DNA from: an uncultured Desulfatitalea sp.
GTDB lineage: Bacteria > Desulfobacterota > Desulfobacteria > Desulfobacterales > Desulfosarcinaceae
Reading direction: 5' to 3'
Assembly (NCBI GenBank): GCA_963668675.2
Contig: CAXXMB010000002.1
Span: forward strand, 128,001 to 192,000
DNA length: 64,000 nt
This document shows positions 41,986-51,699 of this stretch, in pieces. Positions within the stretch are counted from its first letter, which is position 1. Every line of letters begins with the position of its first letter. The translations under genes and the position numbers were made by a program. The notes beneath the pieces are model-generated. The model saw nothing but the letters and a program-made list of their open reading frames with translations. It was not told the DNA's origin and made no database searches.

Positions 41986-43413
41986 TTATATGGAAAAACC
42001 GCCCAGCTTGGTCTCCAAGTACTCTTCAATGCCTTCGATGGCACCTTCCCGCCCCAACCCGCTCTCCTTCATGCCGCCAAAAGGCGCGGCCGCCGACGTC
42101 GGGTTGATGTCGTTAATGCCCACGATCCCGAAATGGAGCCCCTCGAACAGCCTGAAAGCGTTCTTCAGGTCGTTGGTATATACGTAGGATGCCAAACCGT
42201 AGTTGGTATCATTGGCCATGGCGAGCAGGTCGTCTCCATCGTCGTAAACGACGATCGGGGCAACCGGACCGAATGTCTCTTCCCGGTAGATCAACATCTC
42301 CGGTGTTACATGGCTCAAGATGGTCGGGGCAAAAAAGTGTCCCTTGTCGAGGGCGTCTTCGGTCAACCGCCGGCCGCCAATGACCAGCTCAGCTCCCTTG
42401 TCGATGGCGTCCTGCACCTGCCGATGGACTTTTTCCAGTGCCTGGTCGTTTACGAGCGGGCCGATGCGAACACCCGCCTCGAATCCCGACCCCGCTTTAA
42501 GTCCCGCGACCCTATTGGTCAACTCGTCCACAAAAGGTTGCACCATATCCGTGTGAACGAAGATGCGGTTGGGACTGATACACGCCTGGCCGGTGTTGAG
42601 AAACTTGACCAGCGACAACCCCTTGGCCGCATGGACCGGATCGGCATCCCGGCAAACGATAAACGGCGCGTGCCCGCCCAACTCCAACGAGACCCGCTTC
42701 ATTTGGGCGGCCGCCTCCCGCGCCAACATTTTTCCCACTTTGGTTGACCCGGTAAACGTAATCTTGCGGACCCGTGGATCGTTGAGGAACACGTCTCCGA
42801 TCGGTCCCGGTGCCAGGGCGGTTACCATATTGACCACACCCGCGGGCAGTTCGGCCTTTTCAAAAATTTCGAACACCGCTTTGGCACATAAAGGCGTGGC
42901 CTCGGCCGGTTTTAGCACGATGGTGCAACCGGCAGCCAGTGCGGGAGCAACCTTTCGCGTGATCATGGAAATGGGATAGTTCCAGGGGGTGACCGCGCCC
43001 ACCACACCGACCGGTTGATGCAACACGACAAACCGCTGATCGCCCCGTGCGGAAGGAATCGTCCGGCCGTAAATGCGCTTGGCCTCCTCGGCAAACCAAA
43101 GCAGAAAATCAGCGCCGTACTTGACCTCATTGCGAGCGGCTTGAATCGGCTTCCCCTGCTCCTCGGTCATGGTGGCGGCCAAGGACTCCAAATTTTCCAT
43201 CATCAGCGTGTGTGCCGTGTATAGAAACTGAGATCGCTGATAGGCCGTTTGAGCAGACCATGTTTGAAGCGCTTTGTGTGCGGCATCGATGGCTTTCGTC
43301 GCATCGGCTTGCCCGCCATCCGGAACTTGCCCGATGGCCTCGCCCGAGGCAGGATTAAAAGATTGAAAGCTACGCCCCCCTTCTGCCTCCACCCAATTGC
43401 CGTTGATAAACAT
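41986..43413 (-). CDS. gabD: NAD(P)-dependent succinate-semialdehyde dehydrogenase family
   Basis: TPWNYP, FTGST.VGK, LELGGHAP, GQACIS, EETFGP, APFGGMKESG.GREG. Confidence 0.88.
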   Translation of the reverse strand: MFINGNWVEAEGGRSFQSFNPASGEAIGQVPDGGQADATKAIDAAHKALQTWSAQTAYQRSQFLYTAHTLMMENLESLAATMTEEQGKPIQAARNEVKYGADFLLWFAEEAKRIYGRTIPSARGDQRFVVLHQPVGVVGAVTPWNYPISMITRKVAPALAAGCTIVLKPAEATPLCAKAVFEIFEKAELPAGVVNMVTALAPGPIGDVFLNDPRVRKITFTGSTKVGKMLAREAAAQMKRVSLELGGHAPFIVCRDADPVHAAKGLSLVKFLNTGQACISPNRIFVHTDMVQPFVDELTNRVAGLKAGSGFEAGVRIGPLVNDQALEKVHRQVQDAIDKGAELVIGGRRLTEDALDKGHFFAPTILSHVTPEMLIYREETFGPVAPIVVYDDGDDLLAMANDTNYGLASYVYTNDLKNAFRLFEGLHFGIVGINDINPTSAAAPFGGMKESGLGREGAIEGIEEYLETKLGGFSI

Positions 43414-43625
43414 TTTTTCTCCTTTACTGTGCCAGGGTAAGTGATTCAATAGCATGGTAATCAATTTCGGGCCACCAGGCAAGCCTGCTCACATGGCAAC
43501 CAGTGTTGCTGTCCAATTCGGTTTAGCGATTGAAATGAAACGCGTCAGGCTTTTACCCGAGCGGGGCGGTTGAGCATGGTAGACGAATGGCGAAAAATGT
43601 GCCTAATCTATCGCTGGAGACAGCG

Positions 43626-43774
43626 TTATTAACCCGGCAATAAAATAGAACAACCTACGTCATCCCGGACTTGATCCGGGATCCGCTGAAAACCCGGATA
43701 GCGCTAAAATTTCACTGCGTGCCAGCTTTCGCTGGAATGACGATTCCAAGTGCATTTAATTGCCGGGTTAATAA
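43626..43774. mobile_element. MITE-like miniature element with internal palindromes
   Basis: Perfect 16-bp terminal inverted repeats TTATTAACCCGGCAAT / ATTGCCGGGTTAATAA (21 bp with one mismatch), 149 bp long, no ORF; internal CGTCAT..ATGACG pair and hairpins TCCCGGA-CTTGA-TCCGGGA and CCAGC-TTTC-GCTGG. Confidence 0.75.
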
Positions 43775-43826
43775 AAACCATGCTGCCCCATAGCATTGCG
43801 CTATGAGGTCTTCGGAGGGATTGAAT

Positions 43827-44267
43827 ATGGAGTGTTTAATGGATCATATCGTTTTGAATGTGGAAGATGATGAAACGATGATCGCCTTTTATTCAGAAGT
43901 ACTTCTATTCGCGCCTGAACGCATAGAAGAGTATAGCGCAGGGGACGTGCCATTTCCGTCCGTACGACTGAATGCCGACACGATCATCGACCTGTTCCCG
44001 AAAAGATTGTGGCAGAAAAGCGCCCAGGATAGGCACGGTGGCGATAACTTGAACCATTTCTGTGTTGCCTTGAGCAAGGAGGCGTGGATGGCGCTTTTGG
44101 AGCGACTTAAGGCCAACTCCGTCGCGATTGAAGAGGGCCCTGTTCCACGCTGGGGCGCGCACGGTACCGGAACGTCGATCTATTTTAAGGATCCGGAAGG
44201 GAACCTGATCGAAGCGCGGTATTATGAGAACGAAAATAGTTCCGAGAAATGTCTCCTCGGGTCTTAG
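43827..44267 (+). CDS. VOC/glyoxalase family protein
   Basis: DHIVLNV, NHFC, GAHGTGTSIYFKDPEGNLIE; GGAGG RBS. Confidence 0.92.
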   Translation: MECLMDHIVLNVEDDETMIAFYSEVLLFAPERIEEYSAGDVPFPSVRLNADTIIDLFPKRLWQKSAQDRHGGDNLNHFCVALSKEAWMALLERLKANSVAIEEGPVPRWGAHGTGTSIYFKDPEGNLIEARYYENENSSEKCLLGS

Positions 44268-44938
44268 TTTGTTCCCAGATAAACCACATGCCTGAACCCG
44301 CCACGTCGCGATTGGTGGTGGGTGGTCAGAAAGCCTGCCCGTTTCATGCGCTGGGGAAAGCTGCCGTCGTAGTCTTCCCCCCAAACGGCGAATACCCCCC
44401 CTGGCTTGAGGGCCGCTTTGGCTGTTTGGACGGCGATACTTCCATAGAGAGGGTCATCACGCTTGTGGCTGTGGGTGTAAGGGCCAGTGTAAAGGTCCAG
44501 GATGATGGCATCGAGTTTATCGATTGCTTCATCCACAGCATAGTGGCGTATCAGGTGCACTACGTTGCAGATACTTACCTGGACGCGTGGGTCTGAGACG
44601 GCACCGCCCGTCAACTCGGCCAGCGGTCCCCGGCACCACGCCTCTACCACGGGATTCAATTCAGCCACTTCGACCCTGGCCGTTGCGGGCAGCGTGTCGA
44701 GGATGGCTTTGAGCGTAAAACCCATGCCAAGACCGCCCACGAGCACCCGCGGCTGGACGACCGCCTTGAGGTGTGCACAGGCAAGCTCTCCCAAGGCTTG
44801 CTCGGACCGATGGGCCATGCTGTTCATCAGCACGCGACCGTCCACGCAAATCAGAAAATCCCGCTCTCCGCGCTGCCGCAGCTCGAGAAGCCCCTCGTCA
44901 GTTCGGATGGATTCAATGGTTTGCCAGGGCAGTGCCAT
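44264..44938 (-). CDS. Spermidine synthase-like SAM-binding protein
   Basis: VLMNS, VLVGGLGMGFTL, VAEL, DAIILD, PGGVFAVW. Confidence 0.88.
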   Translation of the reverse strand: MALPWQTIESIRTDEGLLELRQRGERDFLICVDGRVLMNSMAHRSEQALGELACAHLKAVVQPRVLVGGLGMGFTLKAILDTLPATARVEVAELNPVVEAWCRGPLAELTGGAVSDPRVQVSICNVVHLIRHYAVDEAIDKLDAIILDLYTGPYTHSHKRDDPLYGSIAVQTAKAALKPGGVFAVWGEDYDGSFPQRMKRAGFLTTHHQSRRGGFRHVVYLGTN

Positions 44939-44957
44939 CGCTGACGTTACCTTCTTC

Positions 44958-46583
44958 TTATGCGGCCTTTTGAATCAAAGTTTCCCGGGTTTGCACGACT
45001 TCCGCGCTTTCAATGTACTCGTCGAATGTCATGCGCCGATCGATGAGGCCGGCGGGAGTGATCTCGATGATCCGGTTAACGACGGTATTCAAGCACTCAT
45101 GATCATGAGACGCAAACAAAATGACTTCCGGGAAATCGAGCAGGCCGTTGTTTAAGGAGGTGATCGATTCCAGGTCCAGGTGGTTGGTGGGTTCATCGAG
45201 CATCAGAACATTGGATTCGGAGAGCATCATCCTGGAGATCATACAACGCACTCTCTCCCCGCCGGAGAGGACGTTGATCTTTTTTGCAGCCTCTTCCCCG
45301 GAAAAAAGCATTCGCCCCAGGAAGGACCGCGCAAAGCTCTCGCCCTCTGTGGGGGGCGCAAACTGCAGGAGCCACTCGACAAGGCTCCGGTCTTCGTTGA
45401 AATAGGAGCTGTGCTCCTTGGGGAAGTATGAGTGCGTAATGGTTTGCCCCCAATTGAAAGTCCCGCTGTCCGGCGCCATCTCCCCGGCCAGGATTTGAAA
45501 GAGGGTGGTTTTGGCCAGGCTGTTGGCGCCCATAAAGGCGATCTTATCCCCGCCGTTGACGGTAAAACTCACATTGTTGAGTACTTTCTCACCTTCGATG
45601 GTCTTGGTGAGTCCGTCCACTTCCAGAATCATTTTGCCACAGGGGCGTTCCGGCTTGAATCGTATGAACGGATATTTTCTCGACGACACCGGCAGGTCCT
45701 CTACGGTGAGTTTTTCCAAGAGCTTCTTGCGGGATGTGGCCTGCTTCGATTTGGAGGCGTTGGAACTGAACCGCTGTATAAACGCTTTCAGCTCATTGGC
45801 GCGATCGGTGCTCTTCTTGTTTTCCGCCTGCTTCTGCCTCAGGTTCAGCTGGCTGGCCTGATACCAGAAATCGTAGTTGCCCTGGTAGACCGATATCTTG
45901 CCAAAATCGATGTCGGCAATATGGGTGCACACCCGGTTCATGAAATGGCGGTCATGCGATACCACGATCACCGTGTTCTGGAACCGAAAGAGAAAATCCT
46001 CAAGCCAGGCAATGGACTTGATGTCCAGGTTGTTGGTCGGTTCGTCGAGCAGCAGGATATCCGGGTTTCCGAACAGGGCCTGGGCCAGGAGGACGCGCAC
46101 CTTTTCCCCTCCTTCGAGCTCCTTCATCTTCTTATGATTGAGCGCCTCGGGGATTTGCAGGCTTTTTAAGAGAACCGCCGCTTCAGACTCCGCCTCATAG
46201 CCGTTCATCTCCTCGAATTGTGCCTCTAGCTCACTGGACCTGATGCCATCCGCTTCGGAAAAATCGGGCTTGGCATAGAGCGCCTCCCTCTCCGTCATGA
46301 TGGCATACAGCTTCTCATAGCCCATAATCACCGTGTTGAGTACTGTCTGCTCGTCAAAGGCAAAGTGGTCCTGCCTTAAAACCGCTATGCGTTCCCTGGC
46401 GCCCACGGACACGAACCCAGAGTCCGATTCGATCTCCCCGGCCAGAATTTTCAAAAATGTGGACTTTCCTGCCCCGTTTGCACCAATGAGACCGTAACAG
46501 TTGCACTGCGTGAATTTGATATTGACGTCTTTGAACAGCACCCGCTTGCCGTAGGCCAGGGTGACGTTGGTTGCACTAATCAT
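44958..46583 (-). CDS. ABC-F family ribosome-associated ATPase (YbiT/YkpA-like)
   Basis: Two ABC domains without TMs, GANGAGKST, LDEPTNNLD, linker RFSSNASKSKQATSRKK, LDEPTNHLD. Confidence 0.95.
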   Translation of the reverse strand: MISATNVTLAYGKRVLFKDVNIKFTQCNCYGLIGANGAGKSTFLKILAGEIESDSGFVSVGARERIAVLRQDHFAFDEQTVLNTVIMGYEKLYAIMTEREALYAKPDFSEADGIRSSELEAQFEEMNGYEAESEAAVLLKSLQIPEALNHKKMKELEGGEKVRVLLAQALFGNPDILLLDEPTNNLDIKSIAWLEDFLFRFQNTVIVVSHDRHFMNRVCTHIADIDFGKISVYQGNYDFWYQASQLNLRQKQAENKKSTDRANELKAFIQRFSSNASKSKQATSRKKLLEKLTVEDLPVSSRKYPFIRFKPERPCGKMILEVDGLTKTIEGEKVLNNVSFTVNGGDKIAFMGANSLAKTTLFQILAGEMAPDSGTFNWGQTITHSYFPKEHSSYFNEDRSLVEWLLQFAPPTEGESFARSFLGRMLFSGEEAAKKINVLSGGERVRCMISRMMLSESNVLMLDEPTNHLDLESITSLNNGLLDFPEVILFASHDHECLNTVVNRIIEITPAGLIDRRMTFDEYIESAEVVQTRETLIQKAA

Positions 46584-46610
46584 TGTCGTTTTGTTTCCTT
46601 CCCATCAAAT

Positions 46611-46639
46611 AAAAAAACCGCAGGAACATTTCCCGCAGC
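46611..46639 (-). terminator. Intrinsic terminator in the 5' leader of the ABC-F gene
   Basis: Minus strand GCTGCGGGAA-ATG-TTCCTGCGG followed by a T run, about 27 nt before the start codon; the neighbouring gene is divergent. Confidence 0.7.
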
Positions 46640-46809
46640 TCAAAAAAGAGAGGTTGCATACCACTATTCAGACGGAAAGGAAATCATTTCTTGGCTTTCC
46701 CATGTTGCCTTCACAGGATGCACACGCTATAACGCCCACCCGATCAGCGATGAATAGCTGAATATCGGACCCGACGCGCCTCAATACTGAAAGCCATAAG
46801 GAACCAAAC

Positions 46810-48354
46810 GTGGAGATAGAATCACACCCTCGCTATACCCCTCAGGATATCGATCATTGTATTGATATGCTGACGCATTTCGTTAATCACGATGAAGAGT
46901 TGGTGGCACTGCCAAGAGACAAGCAGATCGAGCTGATAAAAATGGCGGGGCAGCTCTCCAGACCGGATCGCCGCAAATTGAAAAAGCGCAACAAAGCCTT
47001 TCGGAAAATAAAAAAAGATCAGATCGTTTCTGCAGAACGAAAGGCCAGAGCCGCAACGGGGATTCGCCTGGCCAGGGCGGCGTCCGTATTTTCGGCACCG
47101 TTGCAACTCTCGGAGGGATCCGAATCGACAAGAGAAATTCGGGTACTGCAGTCACCCCGCAACTGCTATGTGTGCAAGGCTGAGTTCACCCGGCTGCACT
47201 TTTTTTATGACACGATGTGTCCACGGTGCGCCGAACTGAACTATCGAAAGCGTTTCCAGACGGCGGATTTAAGTGGGCAAGTAGCCCTGATCACCGGCTC
47301 ACGTCTGAAAATCGGTTATCAGGCCACCCTGATGATGCTAAGGTCCGGCGCGACCGTGATCGCCACGACCCGCTTTCCCATTGATTCGGCACTCAGGTAC
47401 GCAAAGGAGAAGGATTTCGACCAATGGGGAAGCCGCCTGCACATTTATGGGCTGGATTTAAGACATACGCCCAGTGTGGAGATTTTCTGCACGCATATTG
47501 AACACGCCTTCGGCCGGTTGGATATCCTCATCAACAATGCCGCCCAGACCGTGCGACGTCCGCCAGGCTTTTATGCCCATTTAATGCCCAATGAGGCCAA
47601 AGCACTCGACGATCTGCCCGAACGTGTGCAGAAGCTGATGATGAATTATCAAGCGTGCACGGACAGATTAAATGCGATTCCCGCGCGCCATCCGGATTCA
47701 GATCAGGCGCTGCCGGTTTCCTGGAACGGGACACAACCGGGAATCGGTTTGAGAGCCTCCGCCCAGCTGTCTCAAATCCCCTATGCGTATGACAATACTT
47801 TATCTACAGACGATGCTTTCCCCAAAGGACAATTGGATGTCGACCTGCAGCAGGTTGATCTGCGGACCACCAACAGCTGGCGGCTCAAACTCGGTGAAAT
47901 CCAGGCCTCGGAGATGATGGAGATTCAGCTCGTCAATGCCGTCGCACCGTTTGTGTTGTGCAACAGACTGGCGCCGTTGATGAAAAAGGAGATGACCGGC
48001 CAAAAACACATCGTGAATGTCTCTGCCATGGAAGGGAAGTTCATGCGCTTCAAGAAGGGGGAGCGTCATCCCCATACCAATATGGCCAAGGCAGCGCTCA
48101 ATATGCTGACCCATACGTCGGCCAGTGAGTTGGCCAACTATGGTATTTTTATGAATGCAGTGGATACCGGATGGGTCACCGATGAAGATCCGGCACAACT
48201 CTCCAGACGAAAACAGGATCTGCATGATTTCCAGCCGCCTCTGGATATCGTCGATGGTGCCGCGCGGGTATGCGATCCCTTTTTTGACGGAATCAACAGC
48301 GGCAACCACTGGTGCGGCAAGTTTTTGAAAGATTATTTCCCCATTGACTGGTAA
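46810..48354 (+). CDS. SDR family oxidoreductase with N-terminal Cys-pair (CxxC..CxxC) extension
   Basis: [53 protein letters not shown]. Confidence 0.88.
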   Translation: MEIESHPRYTPQDIDHCIDMLTHFVNHDEELVALPRDKQIELIKMAGQLSRPDRRKLKKRNKAFRKIKKDQIVSAERKARAATGIRLARAASVFSAPLQLSEGSESTREIRVLQSPRNCYVCKAEFTRLHFFYDTMCPRCAELNYRKRFQTADLSGQVALITGSRLKIGYQATLMMLRSGATVIATTRFPIDSALRYAKEKDFDQWGSRLHIYGLDLRHTPSVEIFCTHIEHAFGRLDILINNAAQTVRRPPGFYAHLMPNEAKALDDLPERVQKLMMNYQACTDRLNAIPARHPDSDQALPVSWNGTQPGIGLRASAQLSQIPYAYDNTLSTDDAFPKGQLDVDLQQVDLRTTNSWRLKLGEIQASEMMEIQLVNAVAPFVLCNRLAPLMKKEMTGQKHIVNVSAMEGKFMRFKKGERHPHTNMAKAALNMLTHTSASELANYGIFMNAVDTGWVTDEDPAQLSRRKQDLHDFQPPLDIVDGAARVCDPFFDGINSGNHWCGKFLKDYFPIDW

Positions 48355-48439
48355 GGTGGGCGAAGTGATTTTATTTCGCCGACTCCCCTGCCCGCGGCCA
48401 TCTCCTGGCGGCTGCCGCTGAAAGGCCATAAAATTGCCC

Positions 48440-49156
48440 ATGAAACCAAATTTCGAACAACTCGATTTCCAGAAGACCCACATGGGTGACCTGGTCCTTC
48501 AGCGCCGGACGATGCTCTCTCTCAAGGGACGCGACGTTTACGAGGTGAAGCTTGGCGAGGCGTATCTCATGTCTAGCCTGTTTCACGACTCGGAGGTGGC
48601 CCTTGCCACTATCGGCCTCGGTGAGTTGGTCGGCACCGGGTGGGACATCGTGGTGGGCGGCCTCGGTCTGGGGTATACGGCGGCAGCGGCTTTAAAATTC
48701 AAACAGGTCGAGCGGCTGATCGTCATCGAAGCGCTGGCGCCGGTAATCGATTGGCATCGCCGGGGATTGGTGCCCAACGGCAATCTGCTTACCCTCGATG
48801 GGCGATGTATTTACCGGCACGCCGATTTTTTCGAGCTGGCCCGGGGCGATGGCTTCGATCCGGATGCGGACGGCACACAGTTTGATGCCATTTTGCTGGA
48901 TATTGATCACACCCCGGAGTCCTGGCTGCACAGCAGTCACGCCGACCTCTATTCAGAAGACGGCCTGAACCGACTGAAATCATTTTTAAAACCCCGGGGC
49001 ATCTTCGCTCTCTGGTCTAATGATGTGCCTGAAGAGGGATTCCTTCAACGTCTTTCTACTGTGTTCGCAAGCGCCGAAGGTCGCAAGGTTCAATTTGACA
49101 ACCCTCTTCAGCAGGCATTGGCCACCAATGGCGTATACATCGCCCGTTGCAGCTAA
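48440..49156 (+). CDS. Spermidine synthase-like SAM-binding protein (second paralogue)
   Basis: YLMSSLF, VVGGLGLGYTA, DAILLDIDH, GIFALWS. Confidence 0.88.
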   Translation: MKPNFEQLDFQKTHMGDLVLQRRTMLSLKGRDVYEVKLGEAYLMSSLFHDSEVALATIGLGELVGTGWDIVVGGLGLGYTAAAALKFKQVERLIVIEALAPVIDWHRRGLVPNGNLLTLDGRCIYRHADFFELARGDGFDPDADGTQFDAILLDIDHTPESWLHSSHADLYSEDGLNRLKSFLKPRGIFALWSNDVPEEGFLQRLSTVFASAEGRKVQFDNPLQQALATNGVYIARCS

Positions 49157-49261
49157 CCTGAGTTTGACACGAATGCCTCAAACGCCAACTGGATGTTGGA
49201 AAAATGGGGCTCTCTCGTGCGCCCCTTCGTTCCCCATGCTGTTAAGGGTGTTCTCTATCCA

Positions 49262-49549
49262 CTATTTCTCGCAGCATTTTTTATACTTTTTACCGCTGCC
49301 ACACGGGCAGGGATCATTGCGGCCTACTTTTTTCTCGGCAATGATCGGTTTTTGGGGATTCAACAGCAGGTCCAGATCGTTTGTATCTTCCGGTTTATCG
49401 GCATCCAATACAATCGTATAGTTCCAGTCGTTTTCTTTAAAAATAGATTCTATCTCTTTTACCCTTTCCTTGGTTTTGACACTCACCGCTGCGGGATTCT
49501 TTTCAGTCCCCAATTTGGCTCTCTTTTTACCATCAAATGTTTTTTCCAT
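49262..49549 (-). CDS. SEC-C motif metal-binding protein
   Basis: C-terminal [19 protein letters not shown]. Confidence 0.92.
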   Translation of the reverse strand: MEKTFDGKKRAKLGTEKNPAAVSVKTKERVKEIESIFKENDWNYTIVLDADKPEDTNDLDLLLNPQKPIIAEKKVGRNDPCPCGSGKKYKKCCEK

Positions 49550-49985
49550 TTTTTCACCATTAAGGTCGTTTAGGATTCCTTCGTAGACTATCAATCATCA
49601 TGCAAGCGCCCGGGATATTGCAGGTCCGTTGCTAATTGCATGTGCGCACATAAGCCAAAAATGTTCAACTGTTTAGAAGCTGATTCGATGCCAGCTCTTC
49701 TCGACGGACACTTCTGGGCCTGAAACCCGATAGGGATCAGAGAGCATTTTTCTTCATCGTTGAAGCTTGTCCTGATAGTAACCAGGCAAGAGGGATTCTT
49801 GACGCTGCCGTTGACGGATCACCTATCATAGTTAAATTATTATAATTGTCATTCAAATGGGAATTGGTTCAAAATGTGGCCAAATCGATCTGACAAACGT
49901 TAACTGTTGAGTGCTTTAGCAAACGGTGCCTGCGTGTTGTGAAGACAATTGGCTCTGCTGGTCACACATCAGAAAGAGAGGCGTC

Positions 49986-50804
49986 ATGCCACTTTTCATG
50001 GATCGACATGAAATTCTCGGATCGACAGCTGAAGACGTAGCAAAGGCTCACCATAGCGATCTTGAAGCCCAGGCCCGCCACTTCTGCAAGGCGCTGACAT
50101 ACTGGTACGATGAGTCTCGCGGGACTGCATTTTGTCTCATTGAAGCCCCGTCGGCAAATGCGGTACGCAATCTGCACAAGGAAGCCCATGGCCTCATCCC
50201 GAATCAAATTATGGAGGTTGACGCCTCGATGGTGGCCCAGTTCCTGGGAAGGATTACCGATCCTGAATCCACTGAGGGGCAGCCAATTCAGGACAGTGCA
50301 TTTAGGGCGATTCTGTTTGTTGACATGGCAAGCTCCACGGACATTACCAAGGCGCTCGGAGACGCCAAGGCCCTAGGCCTCGTGCACAGGTACCGGGATA
50401 TCGTCCGCAGGGCTCTCGCGGACAATGGTGGAAGGGAGGTCGATCGTGCCGGCGACGGCTTCCTCACGAGTTTTTCGTCCGCTTACGCCGCTGTGAGGTG
50501 TGCGATCACGATCCAGCGCGAACTGGCCATAGACAACGTTGGCAGGGCGGATGGCGTGGCGGTAGAGGCCAGAATCGGCATCGGAGCCGGCGAACCAGTT
50601 CGAGACGGCGACGCACTTTTCGGCTCCACCGTCAACCTCACATCGCGCATCTGCGACTGCGGCGAGCCGGGTCAAATCATCGCTGCCAGGATTGTTCGTG
50701 AACTTTGCATAGGCAAAGAGGCCATCTTTAAGTCACTTGGCGCTAAAATGCTCAAAGGGTTTGACGACCCCACCGAACTTGAACTCGTCGAATGGCAGGA
50801 ATAG
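49986..50804 (+). CDS. DUF4242 (SCO4226-like metal-binding) domain fused to a class III nucleotide cyclase domain
   Basis: MPLFMDRH..AH..DL..YW..FCLIEAP..HKEAHG, then ILFVDMASST, GDGF, RIGIGAGE, GSTVNLTSRI, LKGF. Confidence 0.88.
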   Translation: MPLFMDRHEILGSTAEDVAKAHHSDLEAQARHFCKALTYWYDESRGTAFCLIEAPSANAVRNLHKEAHGLIPNQIMEVDASMVAQFLGRITDPESTEGQPIQDSAFRAILFVDMASSTDITKALGDAKALGLVHRYRDIVRRALADNGGREVDRAGDGFLTSFSSAYAAVRCAITIQRELAIDNVGRADGVAVEARIGIGAGEPVRDGDALFGSTVNLTSRICDCGEPGQIIAARIVRELCIGKEAIFKSLGAKMLKGFDDPTELELVEWQE

Positions 50805-51112
50805 GGCAGCCAGAGATGCAGTACGCCACAAAGTTACTGATCATTTTTCAATACTCAAATTCATTTAATTCGACCCGCCTTCTGATTGACCAGCCGTATT
50901 ATTCATCTCCTTTCCAACATCAAACGAGTTAGAAACTTGACTTTAAAAGCACCCGCGGTAATTAAACACTGATGTTTACAAAATAGAGTGAACTCAGCTT
51001 TTGGGTTTCGCAAAATCTACATACGGAGGCGATTCCAGTGCAAATATAGGATTCGCCCCTGGATGAGGAATTGTAGATTTCAACCGCAGCACTTCAGCCA
51101 TAGGAGGAGAGC

Positions 51113-51634
51113 ATGAGTAAAACATCCGATAACTTGAAAGCCGCATTTACCGGAGAATCCGAAGCCCGCAACAAGTATACCTTTTTTGCCGAAGTTGCCC
51201 GCAAAGAGGGCTACCTGTATCTTGCAAAGATCTTCGAAGAGACCGCTGAAAACGAACGCCAGCATGCCAAAGACCATCTGTTGCTGTTGGGCGGGCTCGG
51301 TGATACGGTTGCCAACCTCAAATCTGCTGTGGGTGGTGAAAATTACGAGGTCGAAAGCATGTATCCGCAGTTTGCCAAAGAGGCCGAGGAGGAGGGCGAA
51401 AAAAAGGCGGCCAACGCCTTCAAGCAGGTCGCCAAAATCGAGGCGCACCATCGGGAACGCTACAAGAAGCTGCTGGCCATGGTCGAGGCCGGAACCGTTT
51501 ATAAACGCGACCAACCGATCAAATGGAAGTGCAGCGTGTGCGGGTATATCGTCGAAGCTAAGGAGCCGCCCCAAAAGTGCCCTTCATGCGAACACCCTCA
51601 AAAATTCTATGAGCCCGCCAATATGGATATTTAG
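51113..51634 (+). CDS. rbr: Rubrerythrin
   Basis: AFTGESEARNKY, E..H di-iron motifs, C-terminal CSVC..CPSC rubredoxin domain; AGGAGG RBS. Confidence 0.95.
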   Translation: MSKTSDNLKAAFTGESEARNKYTFFAEVARKEGYLYLAKIFEETAENERQHAKDHLLLLGGLGDTVANLKSAVGGENYEVESMYPQFAKEAEEEGEKKAANAFKQVAKIEAHHRERYKKLLAMVEAGTVYKRDQPIKWKCSVCGYIVEAKEPPQKCPSCEHPQKFYEPANMDI

Positions 51635-51699
51635 AGGACAACGCCGGTAACCCTGGTGACCGCCTCCTAAACTTGGAACGTAAAGGGTTTGAACTGAAG

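Noticed and set aside
1041..48483. Many long antisense and overlapping ORFs (e.g. 1825-2811, 17998-18942, 21753-22739, 37929-38795, 47800-48483)
   Set aside because: They lie opposite or within well-supported genes and show no motifs; expected from codon bias.
49680..49800. Possible riboswitch upstream of the cyclase gene
   Set aside because: Could not match conserved cores of SAM, TPP, cobalamin or c-di-GMP riboswitches by eye; an Rfam scan would be needed.
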